From the IMG/VR virus record IMGVR_UViG_3300037993_000804: a stretch of DNA of 64,000 nt, one strand, 5' to 3'. Under the pieces are notes generated by a model. The model did not search any database, was not told the origin of the DNA, and worked only from the letters and a program-made list of their open reading frames with translations. The first letter of the stretch is position 1, and every line of letters starts with the position of its first letter. Made by a program: the position numbers and the translations under genes. Source of the stretch: an uncultured virus (IMG/VR IMGVR_UViG_3300037993_000804). Taxonomy: Duplodnaviria > Heunggongvirae > Uroviricota > Caudoviricetes. This document shows positions 1-11,668 of the stretch, piece after piece.

Positions 1-94
1 AAGGAGCAATTACCCCTCCCGCTGAATATCGAGGGGGACATTACCAAGAATGGCAAAACACTAGTGGAAATATTTGATGAGGAGGCAAAACATC

Positions 95-835
95 GTGGCA
101 AAGAAAAAGGTCCCAGAGTCCGCATCTGCGTCGCCACCGTCGAAGACTTCGTCGCCGGCACCGCTTTTTAACTGGGCTGTCCCGAAGAAGTTGAACATAC
201 CGCCGGACCATGGGCAGTTGCGGATCGATTTTTATACTGAGTCCGTGAGCTTCACGAAGTTCGACGGCGATATCTCCAGTCACATGATGGTGTCGCCCAT
301 GGACATAGCGCATGCCCTGGCATCAGAGTTACATTACTCGACGGGGCTGCTGCCGGAAAATGCGTTGTTCTGGGTCAATACCAATGATGGCGCCGTGACG
401 GCCATCTACCAGGCGCCGAGAATCAGGAGGGTGGCCCTGCAGGAGAAAATCGGCGAGCCGGCAAGACGGTTCACGCTCCCCATGCCGGGACTCATCTTTC
501 TCTGTATGGCCGGGAATGCGCCGTGGCTTTACGCCGTGAAGCATCGTCCGACCAAAGAAGATGACCCCATCTACAAAGCGCCGCTGGCCAACGTCTTCGA
601 TACTGGGAAAACGTGCGCCGGCAGCCAGAAGTACACCAATAACCCGCTGGAAACGGTCGAGTTGTTCTTCACCAGCTTCTTCACCCGGGGCGCGGATCTG
701 GGTAACCGGTCGCAGAAGTTTCCCGAGAACGTGATTCACCTGTGGGAGTTCATCGACAAGAAGCCCGAATTTCCGCTGGATGATCTGGTCAGGCATGGAC
801 TGGTCAAAGATTTAATGCAACAGGAGGTGAACTGA
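95..835 (+). CDS. Prokaryotic E2-like protein (PRTRC system protein B type)
   Basis: LPMPGLIFLC...LYAVKHRPT...YKAPLANVFDTGKTCAG pattern. Lies upstream of JAB and ThiF genes. GTG start at 95 follows GAGGAGG. Confidence 0.7.
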   Translation: MAKKKVPESASASPPSKTSSPAPLFNWAVPKKLNIPPDHGQLRIDFYTESVSFTKFDGDISSHMMVSPMDIAHALASELHYSTGLLPENALFWVNTNDGAVTAIYQAPRIRRVALQEKIGEPARRFTLPMPGLIFLCMAGNAPWLYAVKHRPTKEDDPIYKAPLANVFDTGKTCAGSQKYTNNPLETVELFFTSFFTRGADLGNRSQKFPENVIHLWEFIDKKPEFPLDDLVRHGLVKDLMQQEVN

Positions 836-1602
836 TGAACGTGGTCGGCTACCTGTTAAATACCAAAGATGGACTCATCGGCGACCGCGGGATGGCATAC
901 GATTACGTCATCGCCAAAAACGGGGTCTTCGTTGAATCCGAGGGCAAATACCTGGCGGCGCGGGTACCGGTGGCACTGGCGGCAAGGTCATTCTATGGAA
1001 CGGAGATACGGGGACTCGAACCGACAGGAACAACGATCACCCTGCGCTATGGCAAAATCCCGGCGTACATCTTCAATCTGGCGATCAGCCACCTGATGGG
1101 CGACCGGAAGAATGAACGGTTTGCGGCGGTTACCTTTGCCGGCGGATATCATGTCAACGTGCCGGAGCAAACCGGTAAGCAGGCCCATGTGGAGTATGCT
1201 GTCCCGGAAAACGTGGTACTGGACCTGCACTCGCATCCGACATTCAGCATGGCGTTCAGCGGCATTGACGACGCGGATGAGCAGGGTTTCCATCTTTATG
1301 GAGTACTCGCCGAAGTTGATTCCGAAATGCCGACGCTGCACCTGCGGGTGGGCGTTTACGGCTACTGGTCGCCGATCAAACTCGCGGATATCGTTGACGG
1401 CGAGGTGCCGGGCATACTGGATGGGTATGAGAACGACATGGCCGAAGGGTTAGAAGACGATTGGGAAGAGAAGTTCGCGGCTCGCTTAGAAAAGGCCACG
1501 GAGATACTTAAAGAACACAGGAGGAACATACATGACGACGAATCAACCAACGCTACCCCTTGGTGGCGTAGTGTTTTCGGTCGGGGACACCAGACTACCT
1601 AA
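835..1602 (+). CDS. Prokaryotic JAB/MPN metallo-isopeptidase (PRTRC protein A type)
   Basis: JAMM motif DLHSHPTFSMAFSGIDDADE; N-terminal YDYVIAKNGVF. Confidence 0.85.
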   Translation: MNVVGYLLNTKDGLIGDRGMAYDYVIAKNGVFVESEGKYLAARVPVALAARSFYGTEIRGLEPTGTTITLRYGKIPAYIFNLAISHLMGDRKNERFAAVTFAGGYHVNVPEQTGKQAHVEYAVPENVVLDLHSHPTFSMAFSGIDDADEQGFHLYGVLAEVDSEMPTLHLRVGVYGYWSPIKLADIVDGEVPGILDGYENDMAEGLEDDWEEKFAARLEKATEILKEHRRNIHDDESTNATPWWRSVFGRGHQTT

Positions 1603-2197
1603 AAGATTTTGGGACAAAGTGAAGGTGGACCTCTCATCACCTCTTGTCAGGGATGAACATTGTTGGATCTGGATAGCCGCTCACTTGGTCCAGGGCTACG
1701 GGCAATTCTCAGTGGGTAGTCGGAAAGATAACTCCCGTAAAATGGTCCGTGCACATCGTTTCGCATATAAAGCTATGATTGGACCCATACCTGATGGCCT
1801 GCAACTTGACCATCTTTGCAGGAATAGGGCGTGTGTTAATCCAAGTCACTTGGAACCGGTCACCGGAATTGAAAATACCAGACGAGGTTTAACGGGTATA
1901 GTTACGGCGCTCAGGGAAAGGGCGAAGACTCATTGTCCGAAAGGGCATCCCTATGATGAAACAAACACCGGTTATACGTCTAATGGTTGGCGGTACTGCA
2001 GGACATGTGCCCGAGAGAGAGAGAGAAGAAAGGCGGAGTTGTTACCAAGAAAACCTAATCCCAATAGTATTAAGACCCATTGTCCCAGAGGTCATGCGTA
2101 TGATAACCAGAATACCTATGTTAAACCGGATGGGAGAAGAGTATGTAGAACTTGCCATAATCTCCTCAGAAGATTGAAACGGAGGGTAAATAAATGA
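1532..2197 (+). CDS. HNH homing endonuclease with two C-terminal KTHCPxGH Zn-binding repeats
   Basis: CWIW...GYG...AHR...LDHLCRNRACVNPSHLEPVT..EN; lower GC than flanks; overlaps the JAB 3' end. Confidence 0.9.
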   Translation: MTTNQPTLPLGGVVFSVGDTRLPKRFWDKVKVDLSSPLVRDEHCWIWIAAHLVQGYGQFSVGSRKDNSRKMVRAHRFAYKAMIGPIPDGLQLDHLCRNRACVNPSHLEPVTGIENTRRGLTGIVTALRERAKTHCPKGHPYDETNTGYTSNGWRYCRTCARERERRKAELLPRKPNPNSIKTHCPRGHAYDNQNTYVKPDGRRVCRTCHNLLRRLKRRVNK

Positions 2198-3039
2198 CGT
2201 ACAAGTTGTCGACGGCGCACCTGACCAAACCGGTGGGGATTTGCATAGTCGGGGTTGGTGGAACCGGTGGTTTTGTGGCCGATGGCTTATGTAGACTTCT
2301 AATTAAATCCCCTGGTAACCGGATCATGCTTGTCGACCATGACCGGGTGGAGACGCATAACCTGCGGCGCCAGCACTTTTATGAAGGGGACGTCGGCAAG
2401 TTCAAGTCCAAGGTCATGGCCGAGAGGTTGTCGGGCATGTACGGGCGGGAAATTCTGTACACCGTTTACCCTTTCCACCGCGACCTGGTGGCGGGGGCGT
2501 TCAACAGCAACCATTGGAACGGCGGCATGGAAGTGGTCGTCGTGGGATGCGTTGATAATGCCCGCGCCCGGGCCGACATGACAGACAACGTCCATGAACC
2601 GTGCTGGTACATTGATGCCGGCAACGGCCAGTCGTCGGGGCAGGTGCTCATCGGCAACATCCCCGATAAGAAGTTCCTGAAGGCGGGTTTCAATCCCGCC
2701 AACCATACCTGTGTCCGGCTGCCGACGCCGTCCCTGCAGCTGCCGGGTTTACTGGCGCCCGGGGCGGAGACGGCGAAGCCCGACGTTGATTGCGCCCAGG
2801 CGGTCGAGGTTGAAGACCAGAACCCGACCATCAACCAGGCCATGGCGGTACTGGTTGTGGAAATGGTACGGCGGCTGTTGAACGGGACGCTGGATTACAT
2901 GGGAGTTTACCTTGACCTGGAAGCGGGGTCGCTGCGGCAGGTGCCGGCGATGCCCGAAACGGTCGCCCGGATGTGTTCGGTAAAGGTGAACTCCCTGATG
3001 TCGGAAGTCTGCCCGTGCTGTGGTAAGAAGCATGATTAA
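2194..3039 (+). CDS. ThiF/E1-like adenylyltransferase (PRTRC type)
   Basis: IVGVGGTGG, DHDRVETHNLRRQ, GCVDNARAR, YIDAGN. Confidence 0.9.
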   Translation: MTYKLSTAHLTKPVGICIVGVGGTGGFVADGLCRLLIKSPGNRIMLVDHDRVETHNLRRQHFYEGDVGKFKSKVMAERLSGMYGREILYTVYPFHRDLVAGAFNSNHWNGGMEVVVVGCVDNARARADMTDNVHEPCWYIDAGNGQSSGQVLIGNIPDKKFLKAGFNPANHTCVRLPTPSLQLPGLLAPGAETAKPDVDCAQAVEVEDQNPTINQAMAVLVVEMVRRLLNGTLDYMGVYLDLEAGSLRQVPAMPETVARMCSVKVNSLMSEVCPCCGKKHD

Positions 3040-3523
3040 GAGTGAAATGGACACAAAACAACGGAGCGCGCTAATTGCGGCCATAATCTCGAACCTTCGA
3101 TTTACGGCGAAAACTGAAAATAAGCCGTTCCCCGAAGGGGACACGTTCTTTGCATTAGCCTTCCGAAGCGACGAAGAACTTTTCGAAATCGCGAGACTAT
3201 GCGGGATGGTTTTGTCGTCATAGAAACAAAAAATAAAGGAGGTGGCACTTGAAAAGAGTTGCGGTACTGGTTGCCAATGATGTGTTCGATAAAGGCGTGG
3301 CCGGGCTGGAGAACGCGGTGGCCAATACCGACGGAAAGAAGCAAACGTGGGTTTTGGATGTCGGGCCGACCATCATGCAGGTAGGGTACGATGGCCCTGG
3401 TAAGGCCGTCTGCCTGAACTGGTGGGGGAATACGAATTACTCGAACATCGTCTGGACCAAGTTCGTTTTCTTCAATCTTTCCCTGCACCCGGTCAAGTCG
3501 GTGGAATGCTTTACGGAGAAAAC

Positions 3524-4726
3524 ATGCTGACGGAAGATCAAAAATTCATGCGGGCGATACATGACGCCTGGACCACGCCGATAGTCTTCCCGTCGCCCGG
3601 GTGGGCCGACACGGCGCCGGAATGGTTGAAGACCCGCGCCATTGCGGAGAGAATCGAGATGATTCAAAACGGCGGGTGGGACAAGGGTACGGATGCCGAG
3701 GTCAGCCTGTATCTCTATTGCGCGAATCTGGAAGGGCCTCTCGGCCAGGACTGGTGCGACATCACGCTTTACGAGGCGGCGTTACAGATGCCGCAGATTC
3801 GGGAAGTGATTGATGGCACGCCGGACAAACTCAGCGATTACCAGCTCGGAGAGCTGAATCACCTGAAGTCGCAAATCAGAAGCAGCCAGTTAAGAAATAA
3901 AAAAGGAGGAAACAAAGATATGATAGGCGACAACTTCAATGTTTGGGAGCAAAAGGACGGTTTACTCATCGGTGTGGACCGGCCCGGTTGCGACCCCAGT
4001 TTTATTACCGTACCGGGTAGTAAACTCATGGATTTCCTGACACCCCAGGGGCAAGCCCTGTGGGCCGCTCAAGAAGAGAAGTGGAAGGCCAACCCCAGGA
4101 ACAAGGCGTACACGCCACCGGCAGCGCCCGCCGCGGCCAAAGAGACCACCCCGAAACCGGCAACCAAGACCCCGGCAGCGACCGTGGCCGGCAATAAGGC
4201 CGATGAACTACCGTTACTCAAGGGAAAAGGCAAGCCGAAGACCGCGCCTCAACCCACGGCAGAGGAAACCGACAAAAACAGAGAGGCGCTCAATAAAGAG
4301 GCCGCAGCTCTGGAGAAAAAGCCTGCCCAGGAATTGAACCCCACAGTCGGACAGCTCACTCCCGACCCGGCGCACCCGGAAAATAGCCCGCAGCGGGTTG
4401 GGCAGACCCCGGCAGCGCCAAATCCTGACACCGTTGTTCCAACCCAACCGGCGGCCGGTGAAACAAAAGGGCCGGAAACTGTAACAAAACCGGCTGAAAC
4501 TGTAACAAAAGGACCGGAAAACGTTAATAAAGCGCCGGAAAATGTAACGGCCGCTGCGTCTACCGGTGAAGTCGCGTACTGGCTGAAAGACGGCCGCGGA
4601 CCGTTCGAGAACGTACAGGCGGCGATGGATGCCATGGGCATGGCCAAAGCGACCCGGCCGGCGCATAACCGCTGGGATCGGCTGTCTACCGCGCTCAAAG
4701 AGCAAATAATCCGCAAAGCAAAATAA
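3524..4726 (+). CDS. Hypothetical protein: N-terminal domain, Pro/Ala/Thr linker, C-terminal HNRWDRLS domain
   Basis: Long ORF. ATG 3524 follows GGAG. Second in-frame RBS (AGGAGG) plus ATG at 3920. Confidence 0.7.
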   Translation: MLTEDQKFMRAIHDAWTTPIVFPSPGWADTAPEWLKTRAIAERIEMIQNGGWDKGTDAEVSLYLYCANLEGPLGQDWCDITLYEAALQMPQIREVIDGTPDKLSDYQLGELNHLKSQIRSSQLRNKKGGNKDMIGDNFNVWEQKDGLLIGVDRPGCDPSFITVPGSKLMDFLTPQGQALWAAQEEKWKANPRNKAYTPPAAPAAAKETTPKPATKTPAATVAGNKADELPLLKGKGKPKTAPQPTAEETDKNREALNKEAAALEKKPAQELNPTVGQLTPDPAHPENSPQRVGQTPAAPNPDTVVPTQPAAGETKGPETVTKPAETVTKGPENVNKAPENVTAAASTGEVAYWLKDGRGPFENVQAAMDAMGMAKATRPAHNRWDRLSTALKEQIIRKAK

Positions 4727-5274
4727 TAACCCTGTAGGTTATAACAGGAGGGATAACATGATAAAGATGAACCAGGGGGCGCTACTGAATCAGATTCAGA
4801 TTACGGCGCAGGTAATGGCAGCCCTGAAAGCCTTGCCGGGCGAGAACGTCGTGGCCGTGGTGACCAAGACGATTGACCCGGCGAGGCCGGACTTCCCGCA
4901 ATATGACGTGTACGCCGGCAAGGGCGGCATCGTCAACGGGCATCTGGTAGAAAGCTGAACAGGTGGTAACTTGCTAAATTGCGCAAGTTGAATAAAATCA
5001 TGGGGAGGCTAGTCACCCGTATGGTTATCCCCCATATTTGTAAGTGCCCCGACCACCTCCGGGCATGGTGACTGGCTGCCCCACCAATAAGGAGAATTGA
5101 ATTGGGCCATAACTGGACAATGAAAGAACTGCAGGAAATCTCTGACAAAAATCTGATACTCACGTTAATAAATGAGCGGAAGAACGCGCTTAATCCCTAC
5201 GCCCCGCTGGCCATGAGACTTGACCGGCTGGCGAATTGGGTGGAAAAGAACGTTCCCGCGGTAAAGGGGTAGCG

Positions 5275-5628
5275 ATGACTACCACCTTAATTTCCGACGG
5301 AATCAACAATATCGGCATTATCGGGGACATCCTGCCCTCTAAAGAAGAAGTAATGGAAGATACATGGGGACACCTGCGTGCAAAGCAAGGCACGATGTAC
5401 ACAGGCTATGTCATCTTTACTTTGACCGCATTTGGCGATTATGTGACCATAGACTACGATTTCAAGGACTTAGACAGTTCGCCTTGGCTGTATGACAACG
5501 TATATGATTTCGTGGTCAGGAAAGCCAAAGACAAGGGTAAGATTTATAAATTCACCGGAACGTACCATGAATTGAAAAACCTGAGAGGCATATTTCAAGG
5601 TAAACTGCACATTGTAAAAATCACATAG
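5275..5628 (+). CDS. Hypothetical phage-type protein
   Basis: ORF with GGGG RBS; packed against ispH. Confidence 0.55.
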   Translation: MTTTLISDGINNIGIIGDILPSKEEVMEDTWGHLRAKQGTMYTGYVIFTLTAFGDYVTIDYDFKDLDSSPWLYDNVYDFVVRKAKDKGKIYKFTGTYHELKNLRGIFQGKLHIVKIT

Positions 5629-5640
5629 GAGGTAAGCGTA

Positions 5641-6564
5641 ATGGAAATCAAGACAGCGGGAAAATTAGGCTATTGCACCGGCGTAGCCCAGGCCATCAAG
5701 CAGGCGACGGCCTTCGGCAAGCGGGTGGGGAGTAACAGCATTGAACCCACGAAAGCGTACTCTCTGGGTGCGCTCGCCCACAACGAGGATGTGGTGAAGA
5801 TTCTCCAAGAAAGCAATGTGGAAATCACCTGGTCTTCGGAGTTAAAAGGCGGGGAGAACATTATCATCCCGGCCCATGGCGCCGGCCCCAAGACGTATTC
5901 ACGACTCGACCAACTGAAGTGTCGGGTCGAAGATTGTACCTGTCAATACGTCAGGAAATCACAGATTCTGGTTAGTGAACTGTCCATGAAGGGCTATGAC
6001 ATCGTGATTTTCGGGGACCCCCAGCACCAGGAAGTCATCGGTCTCACCGACTGGGGCGAACCGCACATTAAATTCGTCGGCGGGGAGAAAGACCTCTTCA
6101 CCGAACAGCAGGGCAAGAAATCCCTGGGACTCAAACGGGAGGTGGTTGTCGTGAGCCAGACGACCCGAGATCCGGAGCGGTACGCCGAGTTTATCACCAT
6201 GCTCATGCATAACGTGGGTAATGACTACAAGGAGCTCCGGATCAACAATACCATTTGTCCCATCGTGGCCGAGCGCATCCAGCTCACCAAGAACCTCGCC
6301 GGGACGGTGGACCTGATGATCGTCGTCGGGTCGAAGAAATCGGCCAATACCATGAATCTGGTAGAGGCGAGCAGCACGGTCAGGCGCCCGTGGTCGCCGG
6401 TACTGGTGGCCAACGAAAAAGATGTCGTGTCGCTATCCCTGTTGACAGAGTGGATCAAGCATAACCCGTTTCGGGAGATCGGGGTAACTGCCGGCACCAG
6501 TACGCCCATCGAGGTTGTCGACGGCGTAATCGCAATACTCGGGAGGGCGACTAATGAACGTTGA
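5641..6564 (+). CDS. ispH: 4-hydroxy-3-methylbut-2-enyl diphosphate reductase
   Basis: GYCTGV, LAHN, IPAHG, DCTC, SQTT, NTIC, VVGSKKSANT, GVTAGTSTP; three Fe-S cysteines present. Confidence 0.95.
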   Translation: MEIKTAGKLGYCTGVAQAIKQATAFGKRVGSNSIEPTKAYSLGALAHNEDVVKILQESNVEITWSSELKGGENIIIPAHGAGPKTYSRLDQLKCRVEDCTCQYVRKSQILVSELSMKGYDIVIFGDPQHQEVIGLTDWGEPHIKFVGGEKDLFTEQQGKKSLGLKREVVVVSQTTRDPERYAEFITMLMHNVGNDYKELRINNTICPIVAERIQLTKNLAGTVDLMIVVGSKKSANTMNLVEASSTVRRPWSPVLVANEKDVVSLSLLTEWIKHNPFREIGVTAGTSTPIEVVDGVIAILGRATNER

Positions 6565-7243
6565 AATTTACGCTAATGCCCGGGATATCTCTAAACCTGA
6601 TGTCACCCTGCTGGTGCAGAAAATCCGCGAGTGGGAGTTGACCACCAAGCGGGCCCAGATCGACAGGTTCATCTTTAAGACCGACCCGGACATTGGGATG
6701 GAAGAGACGGCGGAGTTGCTCAACAAAATCTTCCCGAAATTCGAGAACATCTGGACCGTGCCGCTGAAACAAACCGGCACATTGCGGTTGGGTACCCGGG
6801 CGGTGAAGGTGGATGGCCAGGTGGTCGGCATAGTGCAGGAAATCGTACTGAGCGTGGAGGGCGCCGGTGAAACAGAAATGAAACTGTTGACCGAGGCCAT
6901 CGAACTGGTCTTCTGCAAACTGAGACAGACCGGCAACATCTACAAGGGAGTACGCCTCGAAATCGGCGATCAACCTTACGTGGTCACCAGGAACGGCGAA
7001 GCCTTTGATCCGGCGCCGAGCGTCAAGGTCTGGAATCACTCGGGAGGACAATTTAGCTGGGGTTACTGGGGGTCCGGCTGCGCGCAACTGGCGCTGGCCA
7101 TCTTGCTGGCGGAGGGACTGCCGGCGGATCGCGCCCTCAGACTGCACCAGAGTTTCAAAGAGGCGTTCGTGGCCACCTGGGGAGATACCTGGGTGCTTAC
7201 CGCGGAAGAGATCGCAGCCTGGGTGCAGGCGCAGGAGAAGTAA
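6554..7243 (+). CDS. Hypothetical protein with C-terminal DUF6166-like domain
   Basis: NHSGGQFSWGYWGSGCAQLALAILL motif. Confidence 0.65.
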   Translation: MNVEIYANARDISKPDVTLLVQKIREWELTTKRAQIDRFIFKTDPDIGMEETAELLNKIFPKFENIWTVPLKQTGTLRLGTRAVKVDGQVVGIVQEIVLSVEGAGETEMKLLTEAIELVFCKLRQTGNIYKGVRLEIGDQPYVVTRNGEAFDPAPSVKVWNHSGGQFSWGYWGSGCAQLALAILLAEGLPADRALRLHQSFKEAFVATWGDTWVLTAEEIAAWVQAQEK

Positions 7244-7244
7244 C

Positions 7245-10200
7245 ATGAATACTGGACTGTCACGAAATAAACGGATCGGGCCTTACTGGTGGGAGGTCGG
7301 CATCGAACTGCGCGACTGGGCGCTGCCGGTGAACATTGACCTGCAAAACGGGGTACTGGTGACCGTGCTGTGCTTCTATGTCGGCGCCTCCCGGTTCCTG
7401 CCGCTTGGCCTCGGCATGGCGCAGACGGTCCGGAGCGAGGCGGGAAAATGAAGTCGTTACAGTTGTACCAGCCGTGTCCCGTCTGCCGGCAAAAACTGCT
7501 GATTGATAACGTCATGGACGGTAAACCCGACCTGTATCAGATCAGTTACCCGGGGAACGATGAATACGTTAGCCCGAGGTGCGAGCAATGCCTGGACAAA
7601 CTGCTCGCGCGCAGGGCGGAGAAAGCGAAGAAAAAAGAAGGAGGCAACCGTGGATAGAAAAGAGATCGAAGCCATCTGCAGCTCACGCCTGGATAAATGG
7701 AAGGCCCAGTTAGTGGACTATCACTGCACCCTGCTGCTGCTCGTGGGAATGGGCCATGACGACCGTAGCGGCGAAATGTCGGTGATTACCCTCGAAGAGG
7801 TATCCGATGAAGTGGTCCGTTACACGCTGGAAGCGGCGTTAAGAATGCTGATCAACGGAGAGCATAAACGGGCATGAAACATACCAAAGTCAGGATCATA
7901 CGCATGAACTGGAAGGCCCCAACCGGCGTTGGGGTGATGTGGTCGGCCGGGGACAAGCGGCATAGTTCGGTGCCCGACGATGGCGAGAGAATGCTTTTCC
8001 CGTGCATCGTCGTCAAGAAAGATGTCGCTACGGGCCGGCTGGCGCATCCGTTCACCCGGGTCCGGCATTACACCGTGGGCTGGATCTGGTGGGTGTGGTG
8101 CGCGGCCGGTCACATCAGTATCATGCAGTGGGAAAACGACGACAAGTTGATGTCGGACAATCAGCAAATAATAGCCATAAGGCAGGAGGCAGAAGATGTC
8201 AGTACACCAGAAATACACGCCGAGTAATTGCAAGCTGGACAAATGTTCGGAGAATTGTTTCGCGCCGGGTGAGAATTCCCAGGAATGCATCGGTTGCGCC
8301 GGCAACAAAAACCAGCGGTGGCGGCCGGTGGTAACCTGGGAGAAACCGGTCAAAAAGGTCTAGCGCAAAATAGCAGTTTTGCGTGCGTACGCGGGGAAAT
8401 GACAAAGGAGGGTTTTACCAAATGAATAACATCCCTACATCATCCACAACAAACTGGATGGCCATGGCCGAGCAGTTGGTCCGGTTATGGAACCGGCAAT
8501 TCCCGGCCGGGTCAAAGGTCGAACTGGTCAATGACGACGGCAAGATCGAACAGACGGAAACCCGGAGCGAAGCCTGGCTGACAGGCTCGGGCGCCCCGGT
8601 CGTCAAGGTCAAAGGCCGCGCCGGCGGATATCTCTTGACCCGCATCCAGCCGCCGGGCGGGTGGGAGACCGACTTTGGGAATCAGAATATGAAGAAGGGA
8701 ATATGAAAGCCAGAGAGCGCAGTCTGGGATGGTTCCTGAAACGCTGGCTGGGCCGGAAATCTTTCCGTAACTGGTTGGTGGTCCTGGCCCTCTACGGCGT
8801 GCTGTCGGTCGCGGTGATCTGCACCCTGCTGGTAGCCGACACGGTGCGCGACATCAAAGAACTGGAAGGCAGTATTACCACCTACCAGGGCATCGTGGCC
8901 AGCTACCAGAATACGGTCAAGATACTGGAGGCAGGCAAATAATGGCCGGGAAACAAGAGAAATTCAAAGATGACCCGACGCAAACACCTGGGTTTGGCGA
9001 ACATTTCCTTAAATTTTGCCCTAAGCATTGCCCTTGCGGATATATCTGCCGGGAAGTGATTCAAGAGGATGGTAAATGGAGGTGTCCGCCGATGCGCATA
9101 ACGGGCCATGAGACAGGAGGCAGTAAAAAATGATGCACGGGAATTGTACGCCGATGCCGCTGATTTGCCTGGTCTGCGGTGGGCCGGTGACCGAAGCGGG
9201 CCGCCTGACCTGCTCGAAAGAGTGCCACGACAAGTTCGCCAATCTCCTGATCTTCAAGTACGGAGAGTTCAAGATGGTCTGCCGGCAGCGTACCGGCGAA
9301 CGCTTCAAGGTGCCGCTGCGGGACCTGATCGAGAAAGTGGTCCGGGAGCAGGACCTCGACAAATATCCGAAATGGGAGGATCAGAATGGAGTATAAAATC
9401 GTAATCCGCCGCTGGGTTGTAGACGAACCAAAGGGTTGGTTCGGCCAGATGGAAACTGGTCATATCGAAGAAATTACGAGCCGCCCCGGCAGTCACTCGG
9501 ACATGGTGCACTCAGCTTTGGGCAGCGGGGCTCGGGACTATCGAAATCCCATCAAAGAGGGCGAAGAGTTCCTGGAGCGAATGTATAGCCAGGGGTGGGA
9601 TTTGGTGTCGGTCGTAGGCGGGTACGATGACTCAACCTATATTTTCAGAACACTTTACCAACGGGAGGAAAAACATGGAAGTTAAAGTAACGGAGATACC
9701 GGCCCTGACCATACCGAATCACCCGGATGAACGCACCGGCCGGTGTCACAAATGTAATGTCCGGTACATCTGGCCAACGAAACTCGCCCGCCTGACAGAA
9801 ATGACCTGCCCGACCTGCGGCGGGCCGATGTCGCATACCACGCACTTGTTCAAGGGAAGGACCGCCCGAATTACCGTGGCGGCGAGTGACCTGATAGAAA
9901 TAGCAGAGGCACGCCGCAGTAACCGTTCTGTTAATTTTAGCACGGAGTGGGCGGGGAGCGAGTGAAATGAGCAATACGATGCGGGTTTCGGATAAAAACT
10001 ATACCCGGCTGCTCAAGGTCAAGACGCAACTAAATCTGCCGTCCATGGATGCAACGGTGCTCTATTTGATTTCTGTCGCCGAATATTATGGACGCGGGGA
10101 GGTCAAAGATGGAAAAACAGAGTCAGGCCGCATCACCCGATCTGCGTTGTCCCAACTGGGATGACTGTACGCTAAACCCGATCTGCGCGCATAAGAGGCC

Positions 10201-10668
10201 GCACAAGAAACAGCGGGATTGCGATTATAAGTGTAAAGGAGGCAAAACATGTGGGATTTACCGACCATCGCCATGATGAATCAACGACTTGATACGGCGA
10301 GCCGGGAAAGAAGAAAAATCGTAGAGGAGGCGAGAAAAAAGGTGGAAGTTCAAGATCATGCCTGGGAGGTACGCACGGACAAGGGCGACTTTTACATCTC
10401 GGTCGTCGGTCGCTGGACCGAGGCCGAAGCCCTGGAGAAACTGCAAACCGTACTGCAGGGCATCAAGCTCAAGGTTAACGAGCAGGTCAAGCGGCGGCGC
10501 CCCAGCGGGCCGGAAGACAACCGGTGTACCATCGTGGAGAATCCCGACGCGAAATCGGGCCTGGGCTATGAGTTCATGGCCGGCAAGGCACTGTGGTACG
10601 CCATGGACATGGGCGGTCTCTACGAGCAACAAATGAAGGGATTAACCAAAGTAAAAGGGAGAAAATAA
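7245..10668 (+). other. Cluster of about 12 short, tightly packed hypothetical ORFs, many with CxxC motifs
   Basis: Overlapping stop/start junctions and GGAGG RBSs (e.g. 7874-8227, 9130-9396, 9386-9685, 10249-10668). Confidence 0.6.
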
Positions 10669-10669
10669 G

Positions 10670-11668
10670 ATGACTCAAGATCACTCCGTAGCTGAGAGGG
10701 AGCTACTATTCCGAACGCTATCCGGCAACCCCTCGGCCCGACACCTCGCCGAGCGGTTCTTGCAGCTGGAAGACGAGAACGTGGCCAAAGACAAGGCCAC
10801 CAACGCTCAGTACCCGTGGCTTGGGGCCGAATGGTTCCACGTCCAGGCCAATACGCAGACCCTCAACCAGCTGGTCGTCGATGGCTTGCTGGTCACCGGT
10901 GGGCCGCGGGGCACATTCCGGTCCAACAGTTCGACCACCTACAAACTCAAAGACCCGGAAATGGTACGGGAATGCCTGGAGGCCATCAAAGAATCCGAGC
11001 AGGGCACCGAAGAGGGCGAAATCCCGGGCGACATGTTCGACTTCATCATCGGTCATGACCAGATCAAGAAGTTGCTCTGGCAGTCCATCAGCTCGCCGAC
11101 GCCGGTACATATCTTCCTGGTGGGGCCGCCGGCGTCCAGCAAGTCCATGTTCCTGAGCGAGCTGGCCCGGCTGCCGTTCTCCCGCTTCACCAATGGCGGC
11201 GGCACCTCGAAAGCGGGACTGACGGACTACCTGCTGGAATTCAGGCCCAAGTACCTGCTCATCGACGAACTGGACAAGATGGACCGGAAAGACATGTCGA
11301 TCCTGCTGTCGCTCATGGAGGGCGGCACGGTAACCCGGCTCAAGAAACACATGCGGGAAATGGAGCAAATGAAGACCACCGTTTTCGCGGCCGCGAACCA
11401 CGACGAGGGTATCTGGCCGGAACTGAAGAGCCGCTTCTTCACTATCCACCTGCAGGAGTACTCCCTGAGCGACTTTACCGACATTTCCCGGTCCGTGCTC
11501 ATCAACCGTGAGAAGGTCGAGCCGGCGCTGGCAACCTACATCGTGAGCTGCATCGCCAGGCAAACCCGGGACGTGCGAGAAGCTATCCATTTCGGCAGGT
11601 TGGCCAAGACCAGGGCAGATGTCGACGACCTGATGAAACTCAAATGGCCGGAAAAGAGGTTGTTCTAA
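10670..11668 (+). CDS. MCM-like AAA+ ATPase with N-terminal domain
   Basis: FLVGPPASSKS, TSKAGLT, LLIDELDKM, LLSLMEGG, VFAAAN, LKSRF. Confidence 0.8.
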   Translation: MTQDHSVAERELLFRTLSGNPSARHLAERFLQLEDENVAKDKATNAQYPWLGAEWFHVQANTQTLNQLVVDGLLVTGGPRGTFRSNSSTTYKLKDPEMVRECLEAIKESEQGTEEGEIPGDMFDFIIGHDQIKKLLWQSISSPTPVHIFLVGPPASSKSMFLSELARLPFSRFTNGGGTSKAGLTDYLLEFRPKYLLIDELDKMDRKDMSILLSLMEGGTVTRLKKHMREMEQMKTTVFAAANHDEGIWPELKSRFFTIHLQEYSLSDFTDISRSVLINREKVEPALATYIVSCIARQTRDVREAIHFGRLAKTRADVDDLMKLKWPEKRLF

